From Candidatus Methylomirabilis sp. (GTDB lineage: Bacteria > Methylomirabilota > Methylomirabilia > Methylomirabilales > Methylomirabilaceae): a stretch of DNA of 25,498 bases. Of the stretch, positions 1 to 8,954 are shown piece by piece. The position numbers and the translations under genes were made by a program. The stretch covers positions 1-25,498 of the forward strand of contig JBGQJI010000025.1 in NCBI GenBank assembly GCA_041498975.1. The letters are read 5' to 3'. Positions within the stretch are counted from its first letter, which is position 1. The number at the start of each line of letters is the position of its first letter. Under the pieces are notes generated by a model. That model saw only the letters and a program-made list of their open reading frames with translations, did not search any database and was not told the DNA's origin.

Positions 1-257
1 ATGGGCAAAAGAATCATGAGGGCTAATCGGATCGGTCGTTTCGAATCATCTACCAGGGTGGACCGGATCGGCTGGAGGAAGGCCCGCCAGGAGTCGGAGT
101 TCGAGGAAATGTAGACCAGTACGGCGACGAGCACGATCGCCATGTAGAGGCTGAGGACGCTGTGCGGGACCGGGGGCCGGATCCCGAACCGGAAGGTCAG
201 GAACGACACGAGCAGGATAAGGACCACCTGGCAGAACTTGGACCGAAGGAGCCCCAT
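1..257 (-). CDS. Membrane protein of the bd-like oxidase operon, probably a membrane-anchored cytochrome c subunit (partial, runs off the window)
   Basis: Not in the ORF track. ATG at 257 lies 1 nt after the upstream TGA. Translates MGLLRSKFCQVVLILLVSFLTFRFGIRPPVPHSVLSLYMAIVLVAVLVYISSNSDSWRAFLQPIRSTLVDD..., with hydrophobic helices. No CxxCH is visible yet. Confidence 0.65.
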   Translation of the reverse strand, partial: MGLLRSKFCQVVLILLVSFLTFRFGIRPPVPHSVLSLYMAIVLVAVLVYISSNSDSWRAFLQPIRSTLVDDSKRPIRLALMILLP

Positions 258-258
258 G

Positions 259-1089
259 TCACTTCTTCGCCGTCGCCCCCTCACCCTTCAGGGTGAGCAG
301 GAACGACACGACGTCCATGTACTCCTTGGCCGTCAGGCGCTGCCCAAAGTCTTTCAGCATCACATTCGGAGGGTAGCCCGCCACAGTCCCCATGCTGGCA
401 GGGTCGAGGATCTTCGCCATGATGTACTCGGGGGTCTGGATCTTGGCGATCTGGCCAAGGTCAGGACCGACGGGGGAGACGCCTATCGAACCCGCCTTGT
501 GGCAGGCGATGCAGGTCGCCTTCCCCATAAACACCACCTGCCCCGCCTTTGGGTCTCCCGGGAGCTTCAACTGTGCCATCGCGGTGCCGCCACCGCCCTC
601 AGGGGCCGCACCCGCGTTCTTGGGGATGTCATCCAGCTTCACCGTCACCGTCCCCCCGAGGGATTCAAGGAACGCCACGACTGCCCAGACCTCGGAACGG
701 TTGAGCCCGATCGGAGGCTTGTCCGCCTTCGGCATGATCGGCGGGTACCCCTCAACCAGGTGCGCCGCCGGATCAAGGAGCGATTCGACCAAATAGGCTG
801 TCCCGCTCATCCCGGGCCTCCTCTTAGCCGCCCGGGCTCCGACCCCGGCCAGGTCGGGCGCCCTCGTCCCCTTCTGGCCGATCTGGTGGCAGATCTCGCA
901 GGTCCCTTTACCCTTGAAAATCCCCTCCCCCGCCTTGACGAGCTGCTCGACCGTGACGTTCCCACCTTCCAGTGAAAGCTCCTCGGGCGGCTTGGATTGG
1001 ATCTGGGGGATGGAGTTGGCGTAGTAGGTGTAGACCCCCATGACCAACAAAGCGAAGGCTGAAACCTTCAGGGTGACCGGAACCCGCAT
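259..1089 (-). CDS. Membrane-anchored dihaem cytochrome c
   Basis: Start trimmed to MRVPVTLK (1089), 1 nt after the upstream stop. N-terminal TM helix, two CxxCH motifs (CEICH, CIACH) and candidate distal Met ligands (GYPPIMP, GYPPNVML). Confidence 0.9.
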   Translation of the reverse strand: MRVPVTLKVSAFALLVMGVYTYYANSIPQIQSKPPEELSLEGGNVTVEQLVKAGEGIFKGKGTCEICHQIGQKGTRAPDLAGVGARAAKRRPGMSGTAYLVESLLDPAAHLVEGYPPIMPKADKPPIGLNRSEVWAVVAFLESLGGTVTVKLDDIPKNAGAAPEGGGGTAMAQLKLPGDPKAGQVVFMGKATCIACHKAGSIGVSPVGPDLGQIAKIQTPEYIMAKILDPASMGTVAGYPPNVMLKDFGQRLTAKEYMDVVSFLLTLKGEGATAKK

Positions 1090-1090
1090 G

Positions 1091-2938
1091 TCAGAACCGA
1101 TCCTCCTCTTCGAGTATCCTTCCTTCGGTTGCGCCCAGGACGGGTGAACCGCCGCCAATGCCAGGCGCGTGGCCGACCGCCTCCTTCCCCTTCTCCCCCA
1201 GGCTTCCCAGCCAGAAGATGAAAAGCACCAGGGCAAGGAAAATAGTGGTGACCACGGTGATCACGTTCGCGGCGTATCCGAGGGCCGGGGTCACGGCGTC
1301 AACGGAGGTGTCGCGCATGACTCCATAGACGTGCCAATACTGGCGGATCCCCGACCGTGCGAAACCCATGAGCCCCATGAGCCAGGTGAAGGTCACCGCG
1401 AGGAGGATCAACACATATTGCGAGCGCGGCGCAATCGTACCCCAGCGGATAGTCCCTGTGGACCGCGCACCCTTGAACATCGGAACGTCAATAGCCATGA
1501 CCGCAGCAATAGCGCCAAGGACAGCCAGCACCTGATAGACCGAGAAACCGATCCGCACGATCGACTCGACGAAATAGCCGTATACGCCGTAGAAGATCAC
1601 GATGGCGGCCGCCATACCGAAGATCACCCACTGGGCGCCCATGCCCGCGCCGACCCAGGGCTTGGTGGATATCCGGTTGGCGCGACGATACAGGAGAAAG
1701 GAGAGGAACGTGGTCAGGATCAGAAGGTTGACGGCGGTATTCTTGGCCGACATGACGCCGAGGAAGCCCAGTACCGGGTGATTGGTGCCACCCATGGCGC
1801 GAGTCTCCTGGAGCGTGACGACCATGCTCCTTGGGGTCGCCCAGACGATGAATCCGGCGGCAATCACCATGATCAAATAGGGGATGTACTTCCGATACCG
1901 TTCCGCGCCCGGGATCCGCTCCATCCCCAACCAGAGGTAGTAGTTGGAGCCGATAAAGAGGACACCGATCAGGATCGCCTGGAGGACCCACAGCCAGGAC
2001 ATGAAGCCGCCCATCATGGTAATGCCCATCGTCTGATTGAAGCTGTAGATCTCACGCCCCAGATAATACCCGGCGAAGGGAAGCACAAGGAGAGCCGAGG
2101 TCGCGACGAAGTTCCCCACGTACCCCATCCAGTCGTAGCGGGCCCGTTCCTCGTCGGTCTTGGCGGAAAGGAACCGGAAGGCGGCATAGGCGGCGGCGAT
2201 GGTCCCGCCAAACACGACATTGGCGATGATGCGGTGGATGTTAATCGGCATCCAGGTATGGTTGTTGATGGCCTGCCACAGGCTCTTCAGGTTGCCGGCC
2301 TCATCCACCCCACGCGGGCTCATCATGAACGTGGCCCAGGAGTTCGCGATCAACAGGATCGTCGTTCCAATCAGGTTGGCAAGGATGCCGAGGGTGAGGT
2401 GGATCCACTTCCGGCTCCCTGAGAGCCAGTCCCAGCCGTAGTACCAGAGGTACACCGAGAAGGTCTCCAGAAAGAAGAGAACCGCATAGACCCACATGGT
2501 CGGGTAGAAGATCCCCGTCATGTAGCCCCAGAATTTGGGGTAGTAGCCGATTAAGAGGAAGAGGAGGAGCGCCCCAAGGAGGGCGGTCGTGGAGAAGGCG
2601 GCAAAGACGAGCTTCACAAACTGGTGGGCGAGCCAGTCGTACCGGGGATCTCTCGTCCGCATCCCGACGGCCTCCACGATGACCGCGAAGATGGGAACCC
2701 CGAGGATGAAAGCTGCGAAGTTGAGGTGGATCTGAGCGATGGCCCAGACCGCGAGCCTGCTCCCGAACAGGGGAAAGGCCCGATAAGCCGGGGCACCTTT
2801 CGCCGCTTCCTGGGCGAGAGCTGGAACCGCGCAGAAAAGAAGTAAGAGGGGTGCGCCTACCCAGATCGCCGCAGCAACCCGTCGCGCGATGGATTCCGAT
2901 CGCGGGGCTCGGTTTCGTCTCTCGGAGGACGAAGGCAT
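1091..2938 (-). CDS. Cytochrome bd-like oxidase subunit I (CydA-like, cytochrome-c-associated Nitrospira-type)
   Basis: Polytopic membrane protein with CydA hallmarks: QIHLNF (His), ANSWATFMMSP, INIHR (His), and C-terminal MGFARSGIRQYWHVYG, a divergent form of ExGRQPW. Signal-peptide-like N-terminus. ATG 2938 has AGGA upstream; an alternative TTG lies at 2959. Confidence 0.85.
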   Translation of the reverse strand: MPSSSERRNRAPRSESIARRVAAAIWVGAPLLLLFCAVPALAQEAAKGAPAYRAFPLFGSRLAVWAIAQIHLNFAAFILGVPIFAVIVEAVGMRTRDPRYDWLAHQFVKLVFAAFSTTALLGALLLFLLIGYYPKFWGYMTGIFYPTMWVYAVLFFLETFSVYLWYYGWDWLSGSRKWIHLTLGILANLIGTTILLIANSWATFMMSPRGVDEAGNLKSLWQAINNHTWMPINIHRIIANVVFGGTIAAAYAAFRFLSAKTDEERARYDWMGYVGNFVATSALLVLPFAGYYLGREIYSFNQTMGITMMGGFMSWLWVLQAILIGVLFIGSNYYLWLGMERIPGAERYRKYIPYLIMVIAAGFIVWATPRSMVVTLQETRAMGGTNHPVLGFLGVMSAKNTAVNLLILTTFLSFLLYRRANRISTKPWVGAGMGAQWVIFGMAAAIVIFYGVYGYFVESIVRIGFSVYQVLAVLGAIAAVMAIDVPMFKGARSTGTIRWGTIAPRSQYVLILLAVTFTWLMGLMGFARSGIRQYWHVYGVMRDTSVDAVTPALGYAANVITVVTTIFLALVLFIFWLGSLGEKGKEAVGHAPGIGGGSPVLGATEGRILEEEDRF

Positions 2939-3059
2939 GATGGCTGTCCTGTCACGCAAGGGATCGGCACACGGGCGAACTGTCCTTAGTCACGGCCACT
3001 CATCATATAGAAAACATCTCCCGAGTCAACCGAAAAAACCGAGTAGCGGGCTTCGCAAT

Positions 3060-3206
3060 TGTCATTGCGAGCACAGCGAAGCAATCTGACCCGAGAGGCC
3101 TGTCCTGAGCCAAGTCGAAGGGTCATTCCAAGCACATTCGCTTCGCTCAGTGTAAACTCCGCGAGAAACCAGAGAGAGATTGTCTTGGCTGCACCTCTCA
3201 ACGACA
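3060..3206. repeat. REP-like palindromic element (TGTCATTGCGAG..GCAATCT family) with nested sub-elements
   Basis: Left arm TGTCATTGCGAGCACAGCGAAGCAATCT and decayed right arm AGATTGTCTT...CTCAACGACA. Internal CCTGTCCTGAGCCAAGTCGAAGGG and GTCATTCC...CTTCGCTCAG modules. Confidence 0.8.
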
Positions 3207-3254
3207 CTGCTCATCGGATTGCCACGAACCATTCGGGCGGACCCATTCTTTCTC

Positions 3255-4163
3255 TTACAACCTGGGGCGGACTTTTTGGGCAAAAGCCTCAAGAGTGCTC
3301 AGCACTCCGTTGAGGTCCTGGTCGTTCACGGCCGGATTGCCATAGTAGGTGTCGAACATGAAGCCTGTGACGCCCGCCTCCTTGTACCTGGCGATATCCT
3401 CTACGATCTGTTCCGGCGCCCCCACCAGGAGCGGGCGTGGTTCTGGGATCTTGCCGGTCGTCACAACCCGCAGCGGAGCCCTCGCGGTGATCTGAAGGGC
3501 CTTGGGGTCGCGGCCCCGCGCCTTTGCCAATTTCTTGAACTGCTTCGCCCCGGCGGCGATATCTTCGACCGGCCGGTGTGATGGATGCCAGGCGTCGGCG
3601 AATTCGGCGGCGCGTCTGAGCGCTGCCTGGCTGTTTCCGCCGATCCAGATCGGTGGATGCGGCTTTTGGAGCGGCTTCGGCTCGGCCTTGATCCCCGCGA
3701 ACCGGAAGAACTTGCCCTCGAACCTCGGTTCCGCCTCCGTCCAGAGCGACCGCATCACCCTGAGGGCCTCATCGCTCCGGGCCCCCCGCTCTGTAAAGGG
3801 GATGCCCAGGGCCTCAAACTCTTCGGCGAGCCAGCCGACCGCGGCACCGACGATGAGGCGGCCGCCCGACAGGACATCGATCGTGGCCAGGGCCTTCGCC
3901 ATGAAGAGCGGATTGCGATACGGGAGGATGATCACACTTGTCCCAAGCCGTATCCGCCCCGTCTTTCCCGCCACGTAAGCCAGGGTCGTGAACGGCTCGA
4001 AGAAGACCTCACCGAACCTCGGGATCGCGCTCTGCGGGACGACGATGTGGTCACTCACCCACACGGAATCGAACCCCAGCGCCTCTGCCTGTCGGGCAAC
4101 CGTCACGATCGCCTCCGTGGAGGCCGCCTGCCGGAAATGTGGAAGCCCGACCCCGAAGTGCAT
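3255..4163 (-). CDS. LLM-class (luciferase-like), probably F420-dependent oxidoreductase
   Basis: Motifs AEALGFDSVWVSDHI, IRLGTSVIILPYRNP, DVLSGGRL and PKPLQKPHPPIWIGGNS. Strong RBS GAGGAGG. Confidence 0.92.
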   Translation of the reverse strand: MHFGVGLPHFRQAASTEAIVTVARQAEALGFDSVWVSDHIVVPQSAIPRFGEVFFEPFTTLAYVAGKTGRIRLGTSVIILPYRNPLFMAKALATIDVLSGGRLIVGAAVGWLAEEFEALGIPFTERGARSDEALRVMRSLWTEAEPRFEGKFFRFAGIKAEPKPLQKPHPPIWIGGNSQAALRRAAEFADAWHPSHRPVEDIAAGAKQFKKLAKARGRDPKALQITARAPLRVVTTGKIPEPRPLLVGAPEQIVEDIARYKEAGVTGFMFDTYYGNPAVNDQDLNGVLSTLEAFAQKVRPRL

Positions 4164-4377
4164 CGCCTCCTCCTCTCACTCGATTCTCGTTGGATGCCCC
4201 GGGCCGTCCACTGAGCGTGGGGGCGAAGTTGCCTGGGGCAGGATGGCCGCTATCCTATCACACGACCTCTTTCAACGGAAAGGCTTACGCCGCGATCATA
4301 GGGTGGTCCGGCATGATCTCTTGGAGAGCCTGACGTGGGGAGGGGAGAGGGCGAAGTGCCAAGCACACTCGACGCCA

Positions 4378-4406
4378 TTGACATCACGGTGGGGGATGTG
4401 TAACAT
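4378..4406 (+). promoter_or_regulatory. Putative sigma70 promoter for the SoxYZ-like/FccB-like operon
   Basis: TTGACA-17 nt-TAACAT. Confidence 0.6.
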
Positions 4407-4528
4407 CGCCTTACGCGGCGGCAATGGGCTCTTGCCGATGGAAGCCCGTTGTCGGAAGGAAAGAGGTTCAGGCATTCGAAGAGCGCTGAGGTGATGACAG
4501 GCGCTTTGTGCACAAGGGTGAAAGAGGA

Positions 4529-5368
4529 ATGAGACGAGCGGGCGTCATGCTGGCCTTGGCTCTTGGCCTGAGCATGCTGGGCGGCTTTCCACTCAGTTCA
4601 AGGGCTGATGATTTGGAGCTCCGAACTGCCCGGTGGATCGACTTGAAGAAACACCTGTTCGGAGATCGGCTCATCCAAGAAGACCCGGGTGGAGTCATTC
4701 AGCTTGAGGTCCCGCTCAGGCCAGACAATGCCGCAACCGTTCCCATTGCGGTCAAGTCGGCGGTCTCCCAGTCGCCGGACCGCTACGTGAAGACTCTCTT
4801 CATCGTGGTCGAGAATAACCCGGAACCGCTGGCGGGCGCTTTTCACCTCACACCCGACAGCGGCCTGGCCGAGCTGGGCACCAACATTCGCGTCCAGACA
4901 CACGGCCCCGTGCGAGCCATTGCCGAGATGAACAACGGCGAGCTGTTTATGTCGTCCAAGTTCGTTAAAGCATCTGGGGGCTGCGCCATCCCTCCCCCCG
5001 TCACAGCGACCGCCTCAGCAAATCTGGGGCAGATGCTGATCCGAACCCAGGACACCACCATACTGAACCAACCCAATTGGGTGCAACTTATCATCACGCA
5101 TCCTAACCACACTGGCATGCAATATGATCTTTTCAAGGGGTTCCTGATCCTGGCGCACTTCATCGAGAAGATCACCGTGAGCTACGGCGACAACACAATC
5201 CTGGCGGCGGAGACCGGTATCTCGATCAGCGAGGATCCCAACTTCCGCTTTTACTTCATCCCTCGTGCAGCAAGCGTCCTCAGGGCCGAGGTCAAAGACT
5301 CCAAGGGGTTGACCTTCACCAAATCTGTCGAAGTGACCGCCAAGTTAGCCACTGAGGCGCCGCGATGA
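4529..5368 (+). CDS. Fused SoxY-SoxZ-like carrier (quinoprotein dehydrogenase-associated type), exported
   Basis: Signal peptide. SoxY-like half (VENNPEP...VKASGGC, GGC carrier Cys internal) and SoxZ-like half (ITHPNHTGMQ, GISISEDPNFRF, VKDSKG). RBS AGAGG. Confidence 0.88.
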   Translation: MRRAGVMLALALGLSMLGGFPLSSRADDLELRTARWIDLKKHLFGDRLIQEDPGGVIQLEVPLRPDNAATVPIAVKSAVSQSPDRYVKTLFIVVENNPEPLAGAFHLTPDSGLAELGTNIRVQTHGPVRAIAEMNNGELFMSSKFVKASGGCAIPPPVTATASANLGQMLIRTQDTTILNQPNWVQLIITHPNHTGMQYDLFKGFLILAHFIEKITVSYGDNTILAAETGISISEDPNFRFYFIPRAASVLRAEVKDSKGLTFTKSVEVTAKLATEAPR

Positions 5369-6648
5369 GCCTGAACAGGCGCGATTTCCTCAAGTTGGCC
5401 GGCGTTGGCGCCGCCCTTGTCGGAGCCTCCCCGACTCGCGCGGTCTTGGCCAGCGTTCAGCACTCGATCCCCGAGCTGATGGGAAAGCCCAAGGGCAAGC
5501 GTCTCGTGATCCTGGGAGCGTCTTTCGGCGGCATTAACACCGCGCTGACCGTGAAAAGGCTCGTCCCGGATACCCAAGTCGTTCTCTTGGACAAGGCGCC
5601 GTTCTTCATCTCCTGTCCCGCCACCTTAGAATCTCTAGTTGGGATGGTGTCGCTCGACACGATCACGCGCGGATACACATCGCTTCACGAGAGGGGGCTC
5701 GAGTTCGTTCGAACGACGATCCTTGCCCTGGACCGTGACAAGAAAATGGTTGTCTGCGCCGACGGCACAGTGGACTATGACTACCTCTTGGTGGCAACCG
5801 GGGTCCGCATGGCCTACGAAGACGTCCCGGGTCTGACCGAGCGGCCTCGCGCCAACCTCTGTCTGTATGACAAAGGTTCACCCCTGATCGACTTACACCA
5901 CCGGATCGCCGCCTTCCAGGGAGGGGACGTGGTCGTGAGTATCCCCAACAGCCCTTACAAGTGTCCCCCGGGACCGTACGAGTATGCCCTCCTCTGGGCC
6001 GACTACATCAAGAAGAAGAGGCTCAAGGGGAAGGTGACCATGGTGGACCCGCGCCCAAAGCCGATCCCTCCGGCTCTCGCGCCCGGCTTCCTGAAGGCAA
6101 TGGAGGCAAACAAGGACGTCCTGACGTACCACCCGCATACCCGGCTCCTGAGGGTGGGCCCGGAGGATCGAACGGTCGAGACCGAGGCCGGCAAGCTTCG
6201 GTACGACATCCTCAGCGTTATCCCGCCCAACAAGACCATGCCGTTCCTCGTGGAGGCGGGCCTTGGCGATCCCTTTATCGAGGTGAACTCCCAGACTTTC
6301 AGGTCCACGAGGGACGACACGATTTACGCGCTAGGCGACACCGCCGATACCCCATTCACCAAGAGCGCGTTTTGCGCGACCACCTCTGCCAAGATCGCCG
6401 GCCAGCACATCGCCAAGGTCCTCGGCGCCAAAACCAAAGACCCCGGCGGCCCCGGAAACATCTGCTGGCCTCTTGTCTCTATGGACAGTGCCCTCATGAT
6501 CTCAGTCGCCTGGTCTTTCGAAAAGGACAAAGAGGGTAACATCCAGGTCAAGAGCGAGGGGACAACCGACAACGAGGCCAAAACTTCACATCTCCTTGCC
6601 CGAAGGGAATGGGAAATGGGCCTTCTCCAGGAGATGTTTGGCTCTTAG
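5365..6648 (+). CDS. Tat-exported flavocytochrome c sulfide dehydrogenase flavoprotein-like (FccB/SoxF family)
   Basis: Tat motif NRRDFLK, FAD motif GASFGG, active-site CPPGPYE, second Cys in NICW and IYALGD. ATGA overlap with the upstream gene. Confidence 0.88.
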   Translation: MSLNRRDFLKLAGVGAALVGASPTRAVLASVQHSIPELMGKPKGKRLVILGASFGGINTALTVKRLVPDTQVVLLDKAPFFISCPATLESLVGMVSLDTITRGYTSLHERGLEFVRTTILALDRDKKMVVCADGTVDYDYLLVATGVRMAYEDVPGLTERPRANLCLYDKGSPLIDLHHRIAAFQGGDVVVSIPNSPYKCPPGPYEYALLWADYIKKKRLKGKVTMVDPRPKPIPPALAPGFLKAMEANKDVLTYHPHTRLLRVGPEDRTVETEAGKLRYDILSVIPPNKTMPFLVEAGLGDPFIEVNSQTFRSTRDDTIYALGDTADTPFTKSAFCATTSAKIAGQHIAKVLGAKTKDPGGPGNICWPLVSMDSALMISVAWSFEKDKEGNIQVKSEGTTDNEAKTSHLLARREWEMGLLQEMFGS

Positions 6649-6662
6649 CCTTGTGCCCCGTC

Positions 6663-6691
6663 TAGACAACCCCTATCTGGCCCTTTATAAT
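6663..6691 (+). promoter_or_regulatory. Near-consensus sigma70 promoter
   Basis: TAGACA-17 nt-TATAAT upstream of the ORF at 6775. Confidence 0.7.
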
Positions 6692-6774
6692 ATATGTGAA
6701 GTGGGGTAAATGCTTTAACCGGTCGCACCAGGAAATCCGGCGGCACGTTGCCAGGTGCAGGCAGGAGGGGAGAA

Positions 6775-7092
6775 ATGCGAGCCATTAGGGGACCGATCGC
6801 TGTAATCGCGGCCACAGCCATACTGACGACTGGCCTTTTGCTGGCCGTCACCTCGGCAAGCGGCGGCAGCTTCGGAGCCGGACCTGCCACAGATCAGCTT
6901 ATCCGCGAGGGGCAGGTTGTCGAGATCAGCGATACGACGATCACGATCCACGAGTGGGCAGGCAAATACACCTATGGTCTCAGCCCCACAGGGCGGCAAA
7001 GCCTGGAGGCGAACCAGATTCGCCCGGGCGACAAGGTCCGCTTCAATGTCTGGGCCGTTTGGGAGATCGCCTATTACTTTAAGAAGATGTGA
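6775..7092 (+). CDS. Small exported hypothetical protein, beta-rich (OB-fold-like)
   Basis: RBS AGGAGG and signal peptide. EGQVVEISDTTITI...IRPGDKVRF pattern resembles small periplasmic beta-barrels. Confidence 0.75.
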   Translation: MRAIRGPIAVIAATAILTTGLLLAVTSASGGSFGAGPATDQLIREGQVVEISDTTITIHEWAGKYTYGLSPTGRQSLEANQIRPGDKVRFNVWAVWEIAYYFKKM

Positions 7093-7117
7093 GCGGGTAG
7101 TGTTTTCGCGCTGAGTC

Positions 7118-7247
7118 TGCCATTGCGAGGCTGGCCCTTCGGCTGGGCTCAGAGTAGTCGAAGCAATCTAAGGGCTGCGGCCACAGCCTGCAATCCGAGC
7201 GGCTCACTTGAATAGTCGGAGATTGCTTCGCTCCGCTCGCAATGACA
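7118..7247. repeat. REP-like palindromic element (same family as 3060)
   Basis: TGCCATTGCGAG...GAAGCAATCT / AGATTGCTTCGCTCCGCTCGCAATGACA, with nested CCCTTCGGCTGGGCTCAG. Confidence 0.85.
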
Positions 7248-7370
7248 CTACCCTCTGAGACATTCTGCAATAACTGACCCTGCCTCTCGGCCGCGTTTCA
7301 TGACTCTCAGACTGCAGCCTTCCTACCATCGTTCACCTGGCTGGCCCGGCTGGCTTGTCCGTCCCTATCA

Positions 7371-7379
7371 TGGTATACT
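7371..7379 (+). promoter_or_regulatory. Putative extended -10 promoter
   Basis: TGG-TATACT, 32 nt before ATG 7412. Confidence 0.45.
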
Positions 7380-7411
7380 CCGCAGGCACGGCCAACCTCG
7401 GAGAGCCTTCC

Positions 7412-8776
7412 ATGACCTATCGAGCCTACTCGATCTCCTGGAACCTGACCCAGCGGTGCAATCTCCTTTGCGCCCATTGCTACATGAGCGCCTTCTCTGG
7501 GGCCGATCCGTCGCAGGAGTTGACGACCGGGGAGTGTCGCCGCGTCATCGATGAGATCGCTCAAGTCAACCCCAACGTCTTCTTGATCCTCACCGGCGGC
7601 GAGCCGCTGCTCAGGAAAGACCTCTTTGACATCGCCGCCTACGCCGCGGAAAAAGGGTTCACGGTCGTCCTTGGGACGAATGGCGTCCTCCTGCGGGACA
7701 AACAGGCCCGCCTGATGCGCCGGCACGGCATCCAGGGGGCCAGCATCAGCCTCGATTCCACCGACCCGGCAAAGCACGACACCTTCCGACACTTGCCCGG
7801 CGCCTTTCGGGGGGCGATCCGCGCCACGGAGGCGCTGCGGGCCGAAGGTCTGGACTTCTCCATCCACACCAGCGTGACCTCCTGGAATGTGACGGAGATC
7901 CCGGCGATGATCGACCTGGCCAGGTCGCTCGGCGCCCGCGTCCTTAATCTGTTCTTCCTGGTCCGGACCGGCCGGGGCCGAGATCTGACGGACATCACGG
8001 CGGACCAGTACGAACATCTCCTGACCTACCTTGCCCGCGTCCAGGGAGTCGGCAACGGTAAAGGCCAGAAGCCGAACGAGTCTTTCTCGATCTTCGATCG
8101 GCCGGAAGACCCCTGGTCAGTCCCGGCAGGCCGATCGGGCGACCTCCTCATCCGCGCCAAGTGTGCCCCTCACTTTCGCCGGATCATCTACGCCCTCGAC
8201 CCGACCTCGCCGCTGTTGAAGAACTATGCGCACGGAAGTTGCCCGGCCGGCAAATATTACTGTCGGATTATGCCGGAAGGAGATATCACCCCCTGCCCCT
8301 ACATGCCCGTGTCAGCCGGAAACCTCCGACGCCAGTCTTTTTCCGCCATCTGGGAAGGGGCACCCGTCCTCACCGACCTCCGAGACCCGCACCTGGGCGG
8401 CCGGTGCGGGGTGTGCGAGTTCTCCAAGATCTGCGGGGGCTGCCGCTGCCGGGCCTATGCCACCTACGGCGACTACCTGGCGGAGGACCCCGGATGCGGG
8501 TATCAGCCGGGCCAGTTCGGCGGTCAGGTGATCACGCTGCCAGAGGAACAGACCTTCGGGCTCGAAGCGCGCTTTACGCTCCAGTGGGATGAGGCGGCCA
8601 AAGACCGGTTAGGTCGACTCCCTTCCTTTGCCCGCGGCATGGTGATAAAGGGGGCGGAGCGGTACGCGACGGAGCAGGGGATCAGCGTCATCACGCTGGA
8701 GGTGTTGCGGGCAGTCCGGGAGCGGGCTGAGGCGCGCTTCGGCCGCGGCTTCAGGTTCACCGAATTCCGTCGATGA
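7412..8776 (+). CDS. Radical SAM/SPASM protein, AhbD/NirJ-like (haem biosynthesis), with a C-terminal PCP-reductase-like domain
   Basis: CNLLCAHC, TGGEPL, CAPHFRRI. SPASM cysteines CPAG..C..PCPY..CGVC..CGGCRCRA..DPGC. Tail WDEAAKDRLGRLPSFARGMV..AERYA. Confidence 0.88.
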   Translation: MTYRAYSISWNLTQRCNLLCAHCYMSAFSGADPSQELTTGECRRVIDEIAQVNPNVFLILTGGEPLLRKDLFDIAAYAAEKGFTVVLGTNGVLLRDKQARLMRRHGIQGASISLDSTDPAKHDTFRHLPGAFRGAIRATEALRAEGLDFSIHTSVTSWNVTEIPAMIDLARSLGARVLNLFFLVRTGRGRDLTDITADQYEHLLTYLARVQGVGNGKGQKPNESFSIFDRPEDPWSVPAGRSGDLLIRAKCAPHFRRIIYALDPTSPLLKNYAHGSCPAGKYYCRIMPEGDITPCPYMPVSAGNLRRQSFSAIWEGAPVLTDLRDPHLGGRCGVCEFSKICGGCRCRAYATYGDYLAEDPGCGYQPGQFGGQVITLPEEQTFGLEARFTLQWDEAAKDRLGRLPSFARGMVIKGAERYATEQGISVITLEVLRAVRERAEARFGRGFRFTEFRR

Positions 8777-8921
8777 CTTCCGAACTATACCAAGAGTTTT
8801 TTCATGAGCATCTGCAGGGTGCCGCCGGCTCAGCCCTACACGACGAACACGCCCCCGAGTTCTCCTGGTTCCTCTCATTCGTAAGGAGTGGCGAGGGAAG
8901 GGTGGAGTGTCGTCGCGTCCA

Positions 8922-8954
8922 CCCCACCCGGCTTCCTTTTGCAAAGGGGAGGGG
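8922..8954. repeat. Degenerate CCCTCTCCC/GGGAGAGGG-type palindromic repeat
   Basis: CCCCACCCGGCTTCCTTTTGCAAAGGGGAGGGG, same layout as the copy at 16459. Confidence 0.45.

Noticed and set aside
2986..3313. Small ORFs beginning MSLR... over the repeats (also near 7079-7270 and 24395-24636)
   Set aside because: These are translations of the palindromic repeat arms, not genes.
4529..6648. Canonical Sox thiosulfate-oxidation cluster
   Set aside because: The carrier is a fused variant with an internal GGC, and no soxA/X/B/C/D genes are present in the window.
6741..6760. Sigma54-like GGCACG...TGCA
   Set aside because: The GG-to-GC spacing does not fit the strict -24/-12 geometry.
6775..8776. RiPP system (small ORF plus radical SAM/SPASM)
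   Set aside because: The small ORF has a signal peptide and looks like a folded beta domain. The enzyme lacks an N-terminal RRE, looks AhbD-like and has its own promoter.
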